IMG/VR virus record: IMGVR_UViG_3300045988_173816
Location: 192,001 to 256,000 of that record
Source: a virus
Strand: one strand, 5' to 3'
Length of the DNA: 64,000 nucleotides
The notes beneath the pieces were generated by a model that was not told the DNA's origin, did not search any database, and saw nothing but the letters and a program-made list of their open reading frames with translations. Below, piece after piece: positions 17,020 to 27,156 of this stretch. A program made the position numbers and the translations under genes. The first letter of the stretch is position 1; the number at the start of each line of letters is the position of its first letter.

Positions 17020-19539
17020 ATGGAAACAACAAAGTTAAAACGATGGACTTTAGCAGGGGTATCATTAGTTACCCTTCTTTCTCCTAGTTTTTTATCAAGT
17101 GTAAGTGTCTTTGCACCTAGTATTGTTCATGCAGAGGAGGGTAAAGATAAAGAGAAAGATAAAGAGAAGGATAAGGATAAAGACAAAAAGTCTGATAAAG
17201 GTGAGAAGAGAAAAGACAATGCTCCGGGTGGTAAAAACTTAATTGACTCTCCTTTGACTTCTGCTTTGCTTGCAAATGGTCTTTCAAATGAGGATTATAC
17301 AGGGTTAGATACTAACTATCTTTACCGAGGGTATCCAGATATTGCAGACTATTCTCGAATTTACTACGGAAATATTATGGGTGATAATATTTCGACAAAT
17401 GGAGCCATTGTATTTAATATTGGCTCTTGGTCTGAGGGTCTTGCAACTATGTTCCCTAAGGTAGATAAGGTTAAAAACGTATCTACAAATGTTTCACCGT
17501 CTGATATTCGTTCTTCTATGCAAGATTATTTGAGTTTAGAGAAGTCTGAGAATGTAAGTCATCAAACTCTGTTACAAAGGTCTAAGTTAGGCTTTATAAA
17601 TGACCGTAAAGGTACATCTTCAACAGGCGCAGTTGACCAAAAGACTATGAAGCGTATATTCGCTCCTATTTCTTCAAATACGGTAGCAAAAGCTTCAACA
17701 CAAGATTTGAGCCAAGTTAAAGTAGGTGATGAAGTAGGGTTGAATGAAGATTACTTCATTCTTTCTAAGCGAAACTTCAACAACCATAAAGAGACTTTAC
17801 AAGACCAAATGGCTAAAGCTAATAAGTCCACAACAGGAACGGCAATACCACAAGAGGATGCGGTATCCTTATCTGCATTTGCTTTGTATACTGAGTCTCC
17901 GTTCTATTACCTCTCTTGGGGGTTGTATGATAATGGGTTGAGTACCAAAGCAGGTTCAAGTGGTGAGTTTAAGAAAATGTTGTTAGAGAAAAACGATGCT
18001 TTCTTTTACAATTACCAAATTGAAGCTGGAAAACCAGGTTATGGAGCTATGAAAGACTTCCTTGATTTTGGTTCTTTGTTCACAGTGATTATTCCTTATT
18101 TACGGGAGTCTAATAAGACTTTGTTACAATGGAGTGATACTTATGGAACTAAACCTTATGAGGGTTATGGAACTAAGCGTTCAGACTTAGATACGATTAC
18201 AGATAAAGAGTCTGAGGCTTATTATAAGACTTGGTTTAACTACTCGTCAGATAATGCGTATAGAACTTATACTGCTTGGGTTGACTACTTGTATGAGTTG
18301 GATATTGCAAGACCAGAGACTATTGAGTACGCAGGTCAGAAACAAACTGTTGTAGAGCCTATGAATCCGGCATCTTATACCATTCGTCCAATGGTTTTCT
18401 CTGAAAGTGAAATGTTGTATTATGGTTTGAAAGAATCTGATTTAACTCAAGTAGAGAAGAAAATTCAAGAGGTTTCAAAAGAGGTTCGTAATGATTGGTT
18501 AAACGTTATGAACTATTACACTCTTGATGATGTGGTTTTAAATACTGCGAGTTCTATGATTGCGACATTCGATTTCAACCGTATCTTCTCACAAAGTGGG
18601 TTTAACCAAAAACAAGTAGTATTTGAACCACAAGGGTTTGAGTTGAAGGCTTTTGGTTGGGATGCTTTCCTTCGTATGATTTTGCAAAATGCGACAGGTG
18701 AGAGTTTGGTTTATAACCAAACCTTGAAATCCGATATTTATGAGATTGTAGCTGAGAAAGACGGGTTTGTCACACTTTTTATGATGTGGTTTAACTCCTT
18801 CGTAGTTGTTTATTTGGTTCCAGCCTTGTTGATTTTAATATTGTGTTGCTTACCGATTGCTATGATGTTGTCTGTATTTGCTTCCTTCATTCGTCAAGAT
18901 AAGACTATGCTTAAAGCTTTTGCAACTGAGTGTATGATGCCTTTCCTAACGGTGTTGATTGTGAACATTATGTTAGCCTTTACGGTATCCATTCTTATGG
19001 GTGACGGTGGTTATCAGTTGGTTACAGGTAGCTTAGGTGAGAGTCAGTCTTTCAATTCTCCTAGGTCAACTATGGTTGTTCTAATATTTGTAACTACGGT
19101 TGCTTGTGGTATGTATTGGTACGCTGTGTTAAATTTATTTAAAGGTTTATATCGAAACGCTCGCGTTGTTGCAATTCCACTTAAAGCAGGGGTTCAAATG
19201 GCTGCAAGTATGGTTGTTGGTAACTTTGATAAGGCTAAAGCTATTTTAGACGGTTCTGCAAGTCAAGGTGGTGGTTCTACTTCTGGTCGATTTAGAGATA
19301 CAAATCCTACTGGTGGAAATAGAACAAGTGCTGATTATAGTAAGTCTAACTTAGGTGGTGCTAAGTTTAAACTTAAGAAGGTATTTAGGAGAAGAGGTCG
19401 CTCTATGGAACCTTCTGAAGCTTCTAAACGTGCAAATCGTGTAGCAGAAGAGACTTTAAATGATGTATTTAATAAGAAAGAGACAACGCAGTCTAAATTT
19501 GATGCGTTGGATAAAGAAATGAACAAATCCGAAGACTAG
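17020..19539 (+). CDS. 839-aa polytopic membrane protein (VirB6/TcpH-like topology)
   Basis: Signal peptide ending SIVHA. KDKEKDKEKDKDKDKK repeat. Large exposed domain. At least 5 TM helices in the C-terminal third. Confidence 0.65.
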   Translation: METTKLKRWTLAGVSLVTLLSPSFLSSVSVFAPSIVHAEEGKDKEKDKEKDKDKDKKSDKGEKRKDNAPGGKNLIDSPLTSALLANGLSNEDYTGLDTNYLYRGYPDIADYSRIYYGNIMGDNISTNGAIVFNIGSWSEGLATMFPKVDKVKNVSTNVSPSDIRSSMQDYLSLEKSENVSHQTLLQRSKLGFINDRKGTSSTGAVDQKTMKRIFAPISSNTVAKASTQDLSQVKVGDEVGLNEDYFILSKRNFNNHKETLQDQMAKANKSTTGTAIPQEDAVSLSAFALYTESPFYYLSWGLYDNGLSTKAGSSGEFKKMLLEKNDAFFYNYQIEAGKPGYGAMKDFLDFGSLFTVIIPYLRESNKTLLQWSDTYGTKPYEGYGTKRSDLDTITDKESEAYYKTWFNYSSDNAYRTYTAWVDYLYELDIARPETIEYAGQKQTVVEPMNPASYTIRPMVFSESEMLYYGLKESDLTQVEKKIQEVSKEVRNDWLNVMNYYTLDDVVLNTASSMIATFDFNRIFSQSGFNQKQVVFEPQGFELKAFGWDAFLRMILQNATGESLVYNQTLKSDIYEIVAEKDGFVTLFMMWFNSFVVVYLVPALLILILCCLPIAMMLSVFASFIRQDKTMLKAFATECMMPFLTVLIVNIMLAFTVSILMGDGGYQLVTGSLGESQSFNSPRSTMVVLIFVTTVACGMYWYAVLNLFKGLYRNARVVAIPLKAGVQMAASMVVGNFDKAKAILDGSASQGGGSTSGRFRDTNPTGGNRTSADYSKSNLGGAKFKLKKVFRRRGRSMEPSEASKRANRVAEETLNDVFNKKETTQSKFDALDKEMNKSED

Positions 19540-19633
19540 TTTTCGGTCGTAGAGAGTTTTTATTTTCTGCGTAGGTGCAAAGTCTGGAAGAATTGGCTTT
19601 GTACTTTTTAACAAAATTGAAAGTTGGATAGCT

Positions 19634-21811
19634 ATGTTTATAGAGCCTATGTTGAGGTATATTCTACTTCCTTTCATCATATTGATAGCAAGTTTGTTAG
19701 TACCTTTGATTTTAAAGTTCTATCGAAAGCGAGCTAAGAAGAAGATTAAGCAGAGGAAGTCTGAGTTAAGGAATTTAAAACAAGATAGGGTATCCCTACA
19801 AAATCAAGTTAAGTCAAAAGATTTAACAGACTTTGAGAAAGAGGAAACTCAAAAAGAGTTAGCAAACACGTTAGAGGATGAAGCAAAAGCTCGATTTAAG
19901 TTGTTAACTCAAAGAGCATCTTTAGCGTTTGCGAACTTTGTAACATGGATAGCTCGCTTAGTTTCTATTCTGATGCTTACTTTTGGTTGGACATTTACGG
20001 TTGCTATGGTAGGTGCTTCAACTGCGGTTATTTATGTATCAGTTATGTCTACTGTGGATTGTAGTGCTGATGGTACTGTTAAACAACACAAACATAAAGA
20101 TGAGAATAACAAGTCTGAAAAAGGTGAGTATAAAGGTGGTGAGGGTGAACTACCTAAAGCAGAAGGTATTAAACCTCACGTTGAAGATTTCCGACAGATT
20201 ATCTATAAGAAATTTGGTATTGATGATATTGGAGGTTATCGACCCGGTGACCCACAAGACCATGGACAAGGTTTGGCTTTGGACGTTATGGTTCCTGATG
20301 GTTCTAAGTTAGGTGATGATGTTGCTCAGTTTGCTATTGATAATATGGAAGCAGCAGGTATTACCTACATTATTTGGAAACAACGCTTTTATAGGGGTGT
20401 TGATAACAAATATGGTGCAGCTAACACTTGGAACAAAATGGAAGATCGAGGTAGTAAGACTGAGAACCATTTTGACCATGTACATATTAGCTTTGGAGCT
20501 AGTAAAGGTAGTGGAGAGATTAAAGATGGAGGTAGTTCATCTAGTTCTTCAAGCTATTCTAAGAAGTCTGTGGATAGCTCCACTTATGGTTTTGGTGACT
20601 TAACCGATGAAGTTACAGGTTGGGCGAAGTCTTATAGTGGTTTCACTTTTATTGGGGACTCCCTAGGAGTTGGTGTTGAGCCTAAACTAAAAAGTTATTT
20701 CCCTAACTCAACCTTTGATAGTAAAGTTTCAAGAGCATTTGAACACTCAGACAGTACACTTAGCGGTATCGAAACTGCTAAAAAGTTAGAGTCTGAAAAG
20801 AAAGTCAAAGACATTGTAGTTATAGCATTAGGTACAAACCAAATGCCTACACCACTACTTATGGACTCTATGGTTGATGCTCTACCTAGTGCTAAGAAAA
20901 TTATTTGGGTGACTACGGCTTCACAAGGGGGTGGAGGTTCTTACAATACTGTCGAGCATGATAAGATTGCTGAAGTGATTAAGTCTTATGTAGGTAGTCG
21001 TTCAAATATGGCTTACCTAGACTGGAACCGATATGTTGAAGAGAAGTTTAATTGGTCAGAATTGACCTCAGATTCGGTTCACATGAATGATAAGGGGTAT
21101 GTCTTATACTCTAAGTTCCTTACTCGTGGTATTTATGATGTTGTTGAGGGTGGCTCAAGTGACTCTTCTGAGGATAGCTTACTTACAAAAGCTATTAAGA
21201 AGATTAAATGCAAACCGAAGCATCATCATCACGGTACTTCTACGAAGTCTAAACCTAGTGGTCTTTCTTCAACAGATGGTCAAGACAATCCACCAGCAGA
21301 TGCGTTTACTTCTTGGGCTTATCGTCCAGAAGATTTACCGGCAGGGTTGAAACCTTATATTCTTGACCCTAAAAATTACGGTATGGACTTTGGTTTACCA
21401 GGTAATGGATGGTTTCAGACTTCTAACCCTGAGTTAAATGGTCAGTGTGTCGCTTTGACTATTTCACTTGGTGATTGTGTTTGGGGTAGACCTCATGCGA
21501 ATGTTCAAGGTAATGGTATTGATCAAGCAAATGCTTGGGCGAGTATTTTTGGAAACTCTGTAACTACAACTCCAAGACGAGGTGCTATTTTCTCAAGTAA
21601 AGAACACCCTGTATATGGTCACACAGGTATTGTATGTACGGTGTTTAAAGATGGTTCAATTTTAACTTGTGAGCAAAACTTACCACTTGCAGGTTGGAAT
21701 TATCGTGGTGAGCAGTATGTTTGGTGTTTCCGTATGTATCGCGAAGAGCAGTGGAAGGCAGTTGGGATGACTTTTGCGTATGATGATACAAAAACACCGA
21801 TTTTAAAATAA
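19634..21811 (+). CDS. three-domain cell-wall hydrolase: LAS/M15-like peptidase + SGNH esterase + CHAP
   Basis: N-terminal TM helices. DHGQGLALDV ... HFDHVHISF (H-x6-D and H-x-H). FIGDSLGVG, ALGTNQ and DSVHMND (SGNH blocks). NGQCVALT ... GHTGIVC ... EQN (CHAP Cys/His). Confidence 0.75.
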   Translation: MFIEPMLRYILLPFIILIASLLVPLILKFYRKRAKKKIKQRKSELRNLKQDRVSLQNQVKSKDLTDFEKEETQKELANTLEDEAKARFKLLTQRASLAFANFVTWIARLVSILMLTFGWTFTVAMVGASTAVIYVSVMSTVDCSADGTVKQHKHKDENNKSEKGEYKGGEGELPKAEGIKPHVEDFRQIIYKKFGIDDIGGYRPGDPQDHGQGLALDVMVPDGSKLGDDVAQFAIDNMEAAGITYIIWKQRFYRGVDNKYGAANTWNKMEDRGSKTENHFDHVHISFGASKGSGEIKDGGSSSSSSSYSKKSVDSSTYGFGDLTDEVTGWAKSYSGFTFIGDSLGVGVEPKLKSYFPNSTFDSKVSRAFEHSDSTLSGIETAKKLESEKKVKDIVVIALGTNQMPTPLLMDSMVDALPSAKKIIWVTTASQGGGGSYNTVEHDKIAEVIKSYVGSRSNMAYLDWNRYVEEKFNWSELTSDSVHMNDKGYVLYSKFLTRGIYDVVEGGSSDSSEDSLLTKAIKKIKCKPKHHHHGTSTKSKPSGLSSTDGQDNPPADAFTSWAYRPEDLPAGLKPYILDPKNYGMDFGLPGNGWFQTSNPELNGQCVALTISLGDCVWGRPHANVQGNGIDQANAWASIFGNSVTTTPRRGAIFSSKEHPVYGHTGIVCTVFKDGSILTCEQNLPLAGWNYRGEQYVWCFRMYREEQWKAVGMTFAYDDTKTPILK

Positions 21812-21834
21812 TACAGAAAGTGGTTTAGATAGAT

Positions 21835-22392
21835 TTGAAAATGATGAAGTGGTTTATTTATATTTTAGTAAGTGTTAGTTTAGGTGGGTTAGTTGCTTTG
21901 GGTATCCTCTATTTCCGTGGTAGTTCTAATTCAGAAAGTGGGGAAACTTCTTCTACGGTTACTTCTTCTACTAAGCAAGAAGAAACTAAAGGTGTAGAAG
22001 ATAAGGTTCAGAGTAATTTGGAGGTAAATTTAGCAAGAGCACGTGGTTATTTGTCTGAAGGGTACCAAGTAGCAGAAACAAGTGGGATTAACGAACAAAG
22101 AGAGCAGTTAGAAAGTTTGTTTACAAATTTCAGAAACGGTAAAAGTGATACTCGTTTGAAAGAGGACTCCAGTGGTATCTCCTTACGCTACGCGATTGAA
22201 AAGCAAGGGTACAAGTTAAAAGGAGATAGTTTTGAAGTTTGGACAACTAAAGACTCTGATGTATATAATTTGTTGTTTATCTTGAACGAAGGTAAAAATG
22301 ATGATATGTATTTAGTCTTGTCTTATGAGAAGCAAGCAAATGTTTATCACATCTTGTATTTATATGGGGGTCGTCCAGATGTATTTGGTTAA
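21835..22392 (+). CDS. membrane-anchored protein
   Basis: N-terminal TM helix WFIYILVSVSLGGLVALGILYF, then a Ser/Thr-rich linker. The start could be the ATG at 21841. Confidence 0.6.
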   Translation: MKMMKWFIYILVSVSLGGLVALGILYFRGSSNSESGETSSTVTSSTKQEETKGVEDKVQSNLEVNLARARGYLSEGYQVAETSGINEQREQLESLFTNFRNGKSDTRLKEDSSGISLRYAIEKQGYKLKGDSFEVWTTKDSDVYNLLFILNEGKNDDMYLVLSYEKQANVYHILYLYGGRPDVFG

Positions 22393-22510
22393 AATACCTC
22401 TCAGAAGTCTCAAATTGCCCCAGATTCTATTTTAAATTGTAAGTGGTAAATTTCTACGTTATTAACTTAAACTTGAACAGAGAGCAAATTAGAGCTTTAA
22501 AATAAGATTG

Positions 22511-22548
22511 CCAAGTAAACGAAAAGTTTGCTTGGTTTTATTATTTTA
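22511..22548 (+). terminator. rho-independent terminator
   Basis: 10-bp stem CCAAGTAAAC/GTTTGCTTGG followed by a T-rich run. Confidence 0.7.
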
Positions 22549-22560
22549 GTAAATGGTTTC

Positions 22561-22589
22561 TTGCGTAAATTTAAAAAATGTTGTAAAAT
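22561..22589 (+). promoter_or_regulatory. sigma-A type promoter
   Basis: TTGCGT (22561-22566), 17 bp, TAAAAT (22584-22589). Confidence 0.5.
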
Positions 22590-22629
22590 AAAACTAATAA
22601 TTAAATTTGAGATTTTAGGAAGTGAAACT

Positions 22630-22857
22630 ATGTTAAAAGATTCTCGAACAGGTTGGATTGCAGACCTTGTAGTAGGTAGTAAAGTGGGTGTTTCTCATAA
22701 AGGTAGTCTTTATGAGGGTACTGTTTCTTTAATTACTGCTTTAGGGGTGTTGTTGGTTCGATGTGAGAATAATTTAAAATTTAAGATTATGTCGGATGGT
22801 TACAGTTCCACTAAAGAATCGGAGATTTTACCGTATGAAGATTTGGAGAAAAGCTAA
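22630..22857 (+). CDS. small hypothetical protein (75 aa)
   Basis: ATG at 22630 after an AGGAAG RBS. The track's start at 22528 lies upstream of the promoter. Confidence 0.55.
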   Translation: MLKDSRTGWIADLVVGSKVGVSHKGSLYEGTVSLITALGVLLVRCENNLKFKIMSDGYSSTKESEILPYEDLEKS

Positions 22858-23407
22858 AGTATTTGGTGGGGTGTTATTATCAGCTTCGATTATCGGAACA
22901 GGGGTATCCACTTATTTGTTGAAAACTTCTGAGGGTGAAAACCAAGTGATTTCTTTGAGTCGAGTTCAATCCGTACTAACGGGTGAAAAAAGTAAAGGTC
23001 AAATTCAGTATGAAAATGCTTGGTCTGAGCAGATAGAGTTGGAGTCTAAGGTAAAACCTTATGAAAACTATCTGATAAATTGGCTCTCTACTTATGTTGG
23101 TCGTAAAGGTTTTCAAGGTCAAAACACAGGAAGTTTAAAATTTGGTGATTTAGAGAACAAAGGTTCTTATACCAATATGGAGGATTTAGTTGCTTTATAT
23201 CCTAATTTGAGTGGTGTTATTGAAAGAGTTGATATTCAATATAGCTATGACTCAGTAAGTAAGCAGTTAGTTCAAAAGATTTCTTTGTATAAAAGGGGTG
23301 TAGAGGGGTATCGCCAAGCCACTGTCATTTATGACTCAGTGGGTTCTGTGGTTGATTATACACTAGGTAGTTTTGTAAAAGTAGGTGGTTCTAATGAAAA
23401 AGATTAA
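22835..23407 (+). CDS. membrane-anchored protein (single N-terminal TM, VirB8/PrgL-like topology)
   Basis: ATG at 22835 after GGAG. TM helix VFGGVLLSASIIGTGVSTYLL followed by a soluble domain of about 160 aa. Confidence 0.5.
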   Translation: MKIWRKAKVFGGVLLSASIIGTGVSTYLLKTSEGENQVISLSRVQSVLTGEKSKGQIQYENAWSEQIELESKVKPYENYLINWLSTYVGRKGFQGQNTGSLKFGDLENKGSYTNMEDLVALYPNLSGVIERVDIQYSYDSVSKQLVQKISLYKRGVEGYRQATVIYDSVGSVVDYTLGSFVKVGGSNEKD

Positions 23408-24032
23408 AGCGAAGGTGCTTTTGTGGTTTTTACACCTACTTGATTTAAGATTATCAAATAAAGCGAAAAGGATTTTAGGTTTTGGGTCTCTAATTATTGT
23501 ATTTCTTGGGTTTATATTTTTCGTAGTTTCAAACACTTTGCAGTCTCATAGTGAAGGTGAGAGATTAAAAAGGGAGAGTCGAGTTACTAAAGCAACTAAA
23601 GAGGTTGTTTCAGATTATGCAGAGGAAACATTTGCGACTAATCATTTGAGTTTAAGTGCTACTCAATGGGAGATTAAGGAGTCAAATTTCGATTATTCTT
23701 TAGCTAAGACTTATATGACTTATTTAGCTTCTGTGGAAGATAGTAAGAGTGCAGAAAGAGCTTATTCTGCTTTACCTTGGGTATCCTCAGAGGTGAGTGA
23801 GCCTTTATTACATTGGTCTAATGAAACACCAAGTACAGTAACTAGGTTATTGTCTTTAAGAACTTTATCGAGAGTTTACACTTTTAAAGAGTTTGATAAA
23901 TGGTTTGGTTTATTTGATGTCTCTTCTACAAACACAGTAGGTACTGAAGTGCGTTCGTTGGTTTCTGTTGAAATGGTCGTAAAAGGTGGGAAAGTGTCAT
24001 ATTGGAAGATTGAAGAAGGGGGATTCAGATAA
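23394..24032 (+). CDS. membrane-anchored protein (single N-terminal TM)
   Basis: ATG at 23394 after AGGTGG. TM helix ILGFGSLIIVFLGFIFFVV followed by a soluble domain. Confidence 0.5.
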   Translation: MKKIKAKVLLWFLHLLDLRLSNKAKRILGFGSLIIVFLGFIFFVVSNTLQSHSEGERLKRESRVTKATKEVVSDYAEETFATNHLSLSATQWEIKESNFDYSLAKTYMTYLASVEDSKSAERAYSALPWVSSEVSEPLLHWSNETPSTVTRLLSLRTLSRVYTFKEFDKWFGLFDVSSTNTVGTEVRSLVSVEMVVKGGKVSYWKIEEGGFR

Positions 24033-25258
24033 TGTCTGATTCAAATTCAAATTCTAAAAGGAATTATTCGGATGGTTATTGGTTGGTAAAGCCTCAATTG
24101 GGGAAATTAACGGTAACAAACTTAGTAAACTTTGCAGAAGCAGAAGGGGCGTATGGAGTAGCTTCAAAGGGTATCCTCAGACTCGGTAAGTCTGCTATGT
24201 TCTTTGGAGTTTATATTGTTCTTTGTTTATTATTATCTTTGATTGTTAAGAATTGGTTTGTTAGTTTGTGTATTTGGGTTCTATTTTTCCCATTGCCTTT
24301 TAGACTGATTTCTCTTTTTGTTTTTGATGAGCGAAGAGTTCGTAAAGAGTTTAAATTGCGTGAAGAACTAAAATCTAAAACAGATACTTCTTTATACTCA
24401 ACTTTCTTTGGTATTTATGACATAGATAATAACTTTCCTTATGTAACCTATATGTTGGATGGAAGTTTGGGTATTTTCCTTCGTTGTGTGCGTAAGACGC
24501 AGGTAGGAAATATTCAAGAGAAAGCTTTTAATCACAGTCAAGGTTTGGCTGATTTTTATAATCGTTGTGCTCAGTTGGGAATTAAACCTGAGTTGATTGA
24601 TATTCAAGCTTCAAACTCTTATGATGAGCGTTTTGACGATTTGTACAATCACTTAAATGAGGTTTCTTCTCCTACGATGCAGAAGATTTTAGCTTCCATG
24701 TACCATCATTGGGAAGATAATGCCAATAATTCTCAGTTGACTTATGAGTATTTTTTGGTTCGTGGGGTGGGTGACCCAACTGTCTTTTGGGACAGAGTTA
24801 CAAACTTGATGTCAGCTCTTATGGGTGCCAGTTATAAACGTATTCAAGTATTGAACCAAGATCAAATTGCAACATTGATTAGTGATTTATACGGTTTAGA
24901 AGAATTTCCAATTACAGATGCGATGGATCAAGCAGTTAAAAAATCTGATGCTTCTAGTTTGCGTTTGCTTTGGGTAGGTGACGCACAAAACCGTAAGAAA
25001 CAAGTAAATCGTTCTATGTATGATAATAGACAACAAAAGGTTCAAACAACTGAGTCTAGGGCATCAGGTAAAACAAATAAACAAAAATCAGAGAAACAAA
25101 GTAGTTCTGAGGTATTAGATTTGTTTGCAGATTCACCTAGAGGTGTAGCTTCTGGAATGACTGGTTTGTTAGAACCTTCAAAAGAAGATAAGCAAAAGGT
25201 ATCTTCAAATCGCAGTGGTTCTTTAAACGGTTCAGATGAGTTAGATTTGTTTAGTTAA
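24032..25258 (+). CDS. membrane protein of the secretion block
   Basis: ATAATG overlap with the upstream stop. Two TM helices, then a soluble domain. Ser/Lys-rich tail. Confidence 0.6.
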   Translation: MSDSNSNSKRNYSDGYWLVKPQLGKLTVTNLVNFAEAEGAYGVASKGILRLGKSAMFFGVYIVLCLLLSLIVKNWFVSLCIWVLFFPLPFRLISLFVFDERRVRKEFKLREELKSKTDTSLYSTFFGIYDIDNNFPYVTYMLDGSLGIFLRCVRKTQVGNIQEKAFNHSQGLADFYNRCAQLGIKPELIDIQASNSYDERFDDLYNHLNEVSSPTMQKILASMYHHWEDNANNSQLTYEYFLVRGVGDPTVFWDRVTNLMSALMGASYKRIQVLNQDQIATLISDLYGLEEFPITDAMDQAVKKSDASSLRLLWVGDAQNRKKQVNRSMYDNRQQKVQTTESRASGKTNKQKSEKQSSSEVLDLFADSPRGVASGMTGLLEPSKEDKQKVSSNRSGSLNGSDELDLFS

Positions 25259-25273
25259 GATAGGTGGTTTTAG

Positions 25274-25924
25274 ATGATTGGTTTGATTTTTGGTTCAAGT
25301 AGTGAGAGTTTAGTAAAAACTTTAAATGAGTCTCATGGTTTGAAAGATATTGAGGGTTTTAATTCGATTGGTTCATTTTTAAGTGCTGCTAATCGAAAAG
25401 CTCTTCGTTGTGAACGGTTGGTGATTAACTGTGTAGCAGTAGGTTCCCCTCAAGAATTTCGAAATTTGCGTAATTATTTGTTGAATCATTTAAGGACAAC
25501 AGAAGTTGTTTTATTTGGTCGCTATTTTGAACCTATGGATTTAGAGGTTGTAGATTCCTTTTATGCTGAGTTTTCAGAACCTATTTATACAGATTACTTA
25601 TTACAAGCAGACGAACAAGCGAATGTAGACTTAGTAGCAAATACCTTATGTAAAGGTTCTTTAGATGATATCCGTTTGAATCATTCAAGTCGCAAAGGTA
25701 AGAAAGCAGTTGTTCGGTATGGTTCAGAACCTACAAGCTCTAAACAAAAGGTAGACATGGGGTTCACTCCACCTAAACCGATAACTGCAAATGGTGGAGT
25801 AGTTAAAACTTTTAGTTTTGGTGGGCGATTCTTTGGAAAGAATAAGTTAACTAAAGCAGAACTCCAAAGGGTATCTTTACTAGAAAGGGAAGCTTCTGTA
25901 GTGTTGCAGTTGCTAAACGGTTGA
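25274..25924 (+). CDS. hypothetical protein
   Basis: AGGTGG RBS. No family recognised. Confidence 0.6.
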   Translation: MIGLIFGSSSESLVKTLNESHGLKDIEGFNSIGSFLSAANRKALRCERLVINCVAVGSPQEFRNLRNYLLNHLRTTEVVLFGRYFEPMDLEVVDSFYAEFSEPIYTDYLLQADEQANVDLVANTLCKGSLDDIRLNHSSRKGKKAVVRYGSEPTSSKQKVDMGFTPPKPITANGGVVKTFSFGGRFFGKNKLTKAELQRVSLLEREASVVLQLLNG

Positions 25925-25930
25925 TAAAGA

Positions 25931-27142
25931 GTGGATTATATTTTAACGACAAAACCTGTGAAATATTCAGGTTATGAAGTTGTTTCGAGCATTTCAGACA
26001 TAGGTCGTTTAACCATGAAGTCTGTATTGATTGTTGAGTCTTATACAGATAGGGATTTTGATTTTGCAGTATTTCTGTTAAATGCTTTAAGAGACACATC
26101 ATTAACTAAGTTGGCTTACATATCGGAGAACCCCAGTCGTATCCTTTTAGAGATTATGCGAACAGTTGGTGCTTTTGTAACTCAAGACAGTAGTTTAATT
26201 GATACAACTGAGCAATTTTCTGAGTTATTGGAATATTTGATGACGAATAAGGTTTCAACTTATTCTGAGGAGTTGGATGATTTAGCAGATAGTTTCACCA
26301 CACAAGATACTTATATTCGGGAGAAATTAGAGAGTGAGCCTAAGATTGTACAGCGTAAAATTTTGATGGCTCATGAGAAAGTAAGTGATGCCTTACAGAA
26401 CGTTGTTTTTTCTGAGGATTTGAATAGAGAGTTACAAAGTTTTTTACTAACGGCTTCAAGTAAGATTAAGGTTGGAGAAGAAGAGTTAGAAAAGAAAGAG
26501 AAAGAGTTAGACTCTGTTAGAAACTCTGGTTTTGGTGGGTTTGGTTCGATTAACGCTTATACTCAGTTTAGTTACACAGGTAACTCTAAAGTCTTGATTA
26601 TTAAAGAAGAGTCTCCAACTCGTTATCTCACTTCGTTTTTGGTTAGTTATATTGATTGGCTCACTAGAGTGCCAGAGTTGAATGCAAAGCTTTTAATTAT
26701 TGATAAGGATAGTGACTTTATTGATACTCGGTATAAGTCTTTGAAGAAGGCAGACTCTCAAACAATTGTAAGTAACTCTTCTACCTTGTATTTGGTTCCA
26801 GTCATTTATACAACAACACCTACTCAGAGTGTGATGAGTAATTTAATGTCACCAGTAACTGATTTATATGTCATTTTAGATAGAACCTACAAAAGAACTT
26901 TACCGGTATCTGGTCGTGGAATTTCTACCGTTTATAGTTTATCGAGCAGACGGCTGATGCGAGAGTTAGGTTTAAACTCTGAAGATGTAATTGTAAATGA
27001 TTTAGGGGAGCAGACTCAGTTGGGTGTATTAGCTCAGATTGAAGGTTACGCTATTGATGAGGGTTCTCGAATTTTGCAACAACAAAGTGCTTTTGAACCA
27101 ATTATGAAGCGTTTAACTGTTAAAGCAGGTTTTAACATTTAG
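25931..27142 (+). CDS. hypothetical protein
   Basis: GTG start (alternative ATG at 26015). No Walker motif seen. Confidence 0.55.
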   Translation: MDYILTTKPVKYSGYEVVSSISDIGRLTMKSVLIVESYTDRDFDFAVFLLNALRDTSLTKLAYISENPSRILLEIMRTVGAFVTQDSSLIDTTEQFSELLEYLMTNKVSTYSEELDDLADSFTTQDTYIREKLESEPKIVQRKILMAHEKVSDALQNVVFSEDLNRELQSFLLTASSKIKVGEEELEKKEKELDSVRNSGFGGFGSINAYTQFSYTGNSKVLIIKEESPTRYLTSFLVSYIDWLTRVPELNAKLLIIDKDSDFIDTRYKSLKKADSQTIVSNSSTLYLVPVIYTTTPTQSVMSNLMSPVTDLYVILDRTYKRTLPVSGRGISTVYSLSSRRLMRELGLNSEDVIVNDLGEQTQLGVLAQIEGYAIDEGSRILQQQSAFEPIMKRLTVKAGFNI

Positions 27143-27156
27143 GTGAGGGTTAGGTT

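Noticed and set aside
20013-21350. Alternate-frame + strand ORFs inside the hydrolase gene (20013-20312, 20313-20603, 21087-21350), and similar ones at 17744, 30106, 31585, 35618 and 53187
   Set aside because: They are out of frame within genes that carry recognisable catalytic motifs. Their Leu/Met/Val-rich composition is typical of off-frame translation of G/T-rich codons.
22528-22629. N-terminal extension of the track ORF 22528-22857
   Set aside because: The extension covers the terminator tail and the promoter 22561-22589. The ATG at 22630 follows an AGGAAG RBS.
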